Source of the DNA: Nymphaea colorata
Lineage: Eukaryota
Assembly (NCBI RefSeq): GCF_008831285.2
Contig: NC_045138.2
Span: 15,810,001 to 15,874,000 of the forward strand
Direction of reading: 5' to 3'
DNA length: 64,000 nucleotides
Shown here: positions 59,501-64,000 of the stretch, one piece after another
Layout of the letters: every line of letters starts with the position of its first letter
Position numbering within the stretch: position 1 is the first letter of the stretch
Position numbers and translations under genes: made by a program
Notes under the pieces: generated by a model
What the model saw: the letters and a program-made list of their open reading frames with translations, nothing else
Told to the model about the DNA's origin: nothing
The model's database searches: none

Positions 59501-60122
59501 TGCGTCCTTGTGTTGTGGAAACTGTTCTTTGTACTGATACTGTTTTTCTAAATGATAGAATACGGAATCCACTGAAAGTGTTTCATAAAATGTTCTTGAT
59601 GAAAAAATAATAATGTGACTGAAAGTCTCCACTGAATCGAATTCGGTGGATGAATTTAAAAAATAGCAAGAATTCTTGGTCTCTCTCAATTCAACAAACA
59701 CACGCAGTTGCTGGTCTGTGGCTGTCATGTTCTCCAAATCCCGGCAGAAGACACGTTTTTCATGGAAATCAAGCATTACGCCGGCTGTATTAGACTCGAT
59801 TTCAATCAATCTTTTAATTAATGCTCTCCTGGAATACCGGTCGTTTACGTCTCTATCTCTTCTTAAGCACCACCGGCCACTTTGATAAGGTTATGTGGTT
59901 GCATATGTCTAAGTTTTCGTTCCATACTAACTCTTAAATGTGAAAGAAAACCATCTTCCAACGACATCCACACAGATGATGGCTGTCATGGCCCCATAGT
60001 GTATGGTTGCTTGTTTGCAAGCAAACCTAACGCATGAATGTAAGATCTAACGCATGAATGTAAGATCGTGGCATCTTTTCTAACTTGATCCACAATTCTT
60101 CATAATTTAAGATTGAACATCT

Positions 60123-60547
60123 CTAAATGTCAATAGGTCGGATTCAAATTGAATATACTGTTAACTATATATATATATATAAAATATATTTTTGGATATT
60201 TACATGTTCAGATTCAAATTTCAGATCGAAATATGAATGAAAAAAAGTTATATTTGAATACGAGTTCGAATCTGAAATCCAATTTTACAATCTGAATTCA
60301 ATCCATATTTGAGTCTGGCCAATTTTCAAAATGTAAAGGCACTGAATAAAGGATATTTGTTTAAAACTAAATCTGACATGAATTCGAGTCCGATTGGGTA
60401 TTAATGTATATTTGAATTCGATCGAATGTCATTTTTTAACCTGAATTTGATCTGATTTCTTAATTAGTATTAATTTTTTTTCTACAACTGTTTTTTTGAA
60501 ACAATTTGGTTAGAACCTTATCCAAATCAGATATATTGACATCCCTA
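60123..60547. mobile_element. MITE-like element of the same family, opposite orientation to the 56094 copy
   Basis: Starts AAATGTCAATA and ends AATCAGATATATTGACATCCCTA; the internal sequence resembles the reverse complement of the 56.1-56.5 kb copy. Confidence 0.7.
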
Positions 60548-61843
60548 ATCTCTCTTGGGAACAACACACCTGGAACTCTGGATCTTAGATTTTTCTAATG
60601 AGATTATGCCACAACTTTGTGTATCAAACTAATTAGGAATTCCAAGTTGGGTTAAGATCTGATCTAAGATCTAAAGCGACAGCGCCTAATTCAAAATCAT
60701 CTTGGAGGAGATGATCATTGATAGGAAGTTTTACCTTAGGTCCACATGATTAAAAATTAAGGAATCTCAAAACAAATCAGATCTCTAATATGATTCTTTA
60801 TCAAATTCTTCATGTGCGTAAAATTGAAAAAATGTGGATTTTTAAAGCAAACTTGGACCCACAGTTTGGTAGATCTTAAAATGTAGCGGCTAGCTACATT
60901 AGATTGTCAGATCTATGATCCAACATTCTCTAAGAAACCCTGTGATGTGAGCATGAACTATCAATTGTTATTCCTTAAGCCAGAAAAGATGTTGATTGAG
61001 TAACGTAAGGATTATGAAGACGGCTTCTCAGCGTATAAGCAACATTTTTGCATTATGCACGAACAAAAGAGGGGTGTGGCGCAAATTTTATTCAATAGAT
61101 AGCGTCATTGCTTCTTCAAAAAATCATAAATAAGGGAAAATATCGCCGTCAAGGAATGCTTTAGTTCATATTTTTCTGGCTTCGGTGTTCATTAGTTTTC
61201 TTGGACATTTTATTTGACTTACAAAAATTCTATTAACACATCAAAGTAATAATTTTTTTATATCACATTCTTTGTTTTTAGTTAGCTTTTTGAAAAAACC
61301 ATCATGAATATAAAGGAATCATCTTATATATTGCCGTATAACTAAGGGTACAGGCATCCTTTTTCTTAATTACCAAATCTATGTTGAACAGGAGGATGTT
61401 TCCAAACTTCCAAAACCAAGAACATTGAATTAAACAAAAACAAAATGGAAAAAAGATAAATATGGACAATAGTGATAAATTGAATATTATTATGGAAAAA
61501 TCCAATATTCTAATTAGATTAAATCGGAAAAATATCAAAGAATCAAACGAATTAGTTTATTCACCTACCCATTGAATATATGTTGCCAACTAATTAACTC
61601 TAAAAAAAACAACTAATTTCCAACAATTTCAGGAAAAGATGGGTACCAGTTTTGCACAAGCACCATAAAAACAGGGACTTCATTGGGAAAAAAACATCCC
61701 AAAGGTACCATCTAATTGTTTCCTTGGCCGTGCCGTTCTCCGCCATTTTCATGCCTTTTGCCCCTCGCAATCACTGCTAGACGAAGACATCTCTCCCTCC
61801 CTCCCCGAGGAGTGAAAGAAATCTCCATTGCCGGCGAGCAAGG

Positions 61844-62466
61844 ATGGAGACGAAGAGAAGCAGGCCGGAGGTTTCTCCATGGAAGCTTAGCACGAGGTCT
61901 CTGTTAACCATTGGCCTTCTCTGCCTAACTAGCTTCTGCAACTCAGCACATGGCCTGTGCGGCCTGAAGGGCAACTGCAAGCAAGGGCAGAAATGCATCA
62001 ACAACGGCAACTGCGATGCAGGCCTCCATTGTCAGACGTGCGTGGCAGACGGTGCCCTGCTTCCCATATGCACACGCATCACCACCCTCAACCCCACCTC
62101 CAAGGTACGGCGACATCACTCGTAAGAGCTCTTTATGCCTCGTTAATGGCCGCCTTCAAGGCGGGAAAGGCTGAGAGTTGTAATAGAGGTCCATCTTTTA
62201 GTCTAATGGCGTCTCCTCGATCGCCGCCTTGCGTTGTTAATGTGTCAGCATCGTTGATTCCTTCCAATTTCGTTGCTTCTTCCGAGTAATACTGAGTGAC
62301 TCTGAGTCGATGGCTGAAATATGTTAAGGTGGGAGGCCTTCCTTTCAACCGATACTCATGGCTGACCACGCACAACTCGTTCGCCATATTCGGGGAGAAG
62401 TCGTGGACCGGAACGGTTAGGGTTTCCCCATTCAACCAGCAGGACTCCATCACCTCACAGCTCCAG
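61844..62466 (+). CDS. PI-PLC X-domain (PLC-like phosphodiesterase) protein, 5' partial; exons 61844-62104 and 62329-62466
   Basis: Signal peptide and Cys-rich N-terminus (C..NGNCDAGLHCQTC...CTRI...NPTSK), then VGGLPFNRYSWLTTHNSFA...NQQDSITSQLQ; phase-0 GT-AG junctions. No further exon was found, so the rest probably lies beyond the window. Confidence 0.9.
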
Positions 62467-63639
62467 GTGAGTGTTTCATATGCAACACCATCTTTTCTCT
62501 TCTTCTCTGCTTCTTTTTCTTTTTCTGCTTCTTCCTGTTCGTCCGTATAAAGCATGAATCGGCCCTGAGATACTTGCATAGAGAACCGTGAGGCAGAAGA
62601 TGGCAGAGCTGCAGACGTTCATAGCATGGCCTTTACTGCACTAGTCCTCGTTAAAATGACGAACTCGGAGGAGATCGTATCCGGCCGTAGGTGCCCATCA
62701 CCTGAGCACCGTCCATCACATCCGTTGCTTAATAGTTCTGACCGTTGATCTTTTAGATGAAGGGCTTTTAATTAGAAAAACTAGGGATAATTGGTTGTGC
62801 GTCTCTACGCCGGGGAAGTTTCCGGCGGACGGCAGTTTTTAATTCCGGTGATCCGGATGCTGTCATCGCGTATCTTCTCTCATCCTCGATCTCTATCCCC
62901 TCTATCTCGAAACACTATTATTACATTTTTAGTTTCATTTAGATCTCCTTGAGATCATCTTATACGTGATAAAACAAGTATTTTATTTGAAAAAGTTACA
63001 GGCATATACCTTTTTTCTAAAAAAAATATTGAAAATCATTTATGCGGGTTAGGTATATTTTTATTTATCTATTTTATTTATTCCACTGCGCAGTTGAACC
63101 AACTTATGTTTCAAGTGCTAAAAGGTCTCGGCTTTTCGGTGCAGAGATGCAAACACCATGATGAAGAATGTAGCCTTTTAAAAAGGGAGGGCTCTTTTAA
63201 ATATTGTGTAAGGTAATGACAATAACTAAAGCCGATAGAAGCTTGGAAGTTAGTTCTTTAACTTTGGATGAGTAGAAAGAATATTTCATTGAACCGGCCA
63301 TTCACTAACTCAATTTTAAGAGAGAAAAAAAAAACCTTGTCAAGTCAAAATCTGTAGGCTGGACATTCAATAAAGATTCGCTGGAATAACTTGATCACCC
63401 ACATGGCCTAGCAACGACTCAATTATTTTGGTTGTGATATGGAATATATATATATATATATAACTGTGTTCTCGATAGTTGTCAAATTGTCGCTGCTGTA
63501 TAAACCTTGGTTAACGCGACTTTAGTGACTCTTTTTTTGATGCCCCGCATCATTGAACCGTTGTGTATGTGTAAGTACATGTAATTAAAAGTCCAAATAA
63601 TTGTTGATGTTATAGACAAAGGAAGTTGTCTCAATTATA

Positions 63640-63685
<46 letters not shown>

Positions 63686-64000
63686 ATTGTATTTTCAGCG
63701 GACACGTTCACCACTTATTTAAAATTTGCTTTTCAAAAGTACAAAAAGTAGGATTAGAAAATTTATGTAATTTTGGGGTGGGAGATGATTATAACCTATT
63801 GCTTGGAAAAGAGCCGAAGTCTCTCTTTCTAACCCTTGAAGCTAGATATTCATCCATGCCTAGTGTAGTGTAGAAACGGTGTCACATAATGATCATGATG
63901 AATTGATGGCAAATTTTGGACTCGTTTAGATCACCTATGTTATGTCCCTTAGCAAAAATGCTTTGAAATTACATATACATATAAAAGGAAGTGTTTGGAT

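Noticed and set aside
57360..59809. Faint resemblance of some frames to plastid ycf1
   Set aside because: The matching pieces are out of order and too weak to support a plastid insertion.

Overview
AT-rich, intron-containing flowering-plant nuclear DNA; most ORF-track entries are spurious. Five complete protein-coding genes and one partial gene can be reconstructed: a 5-exon AMMECR1-family gene (+), an intronless FANTASTIC FOUR (FAF)-domain gene (-), a 5-exon CRIB-RhoGAP/RopGAP (-), a 4-exon SmG (-), an intronless RALF34-type peptide precursor (-), and the first two exons of a PI-PLC X-domain gene (+) that runs off the window. The ORF track does not show a 4-exon plant haemoglobin (phytoglobin, class-2-like) pseudogene at 6103-7538 (-), broken in exon 2 by a solo LTR and frameshifted in exon 4. 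A second globin exon-1 relic lies at about 9.7 kb, suggesting a decayed tandem globin cluster. Mobile DNA includes a degenerate Ty1/Copia element with a deleted RNase H end, PPT and 5' half of its 3' LTR, a clean 1148-bp solo LTR with a GTATT target-site duplication, and several MITE-like families. An inverted, degraded copy of the FAF 3' end lies about 1.35 kb from the FAF 3' region. All calls come from manual reading and translation; no database searches were run.
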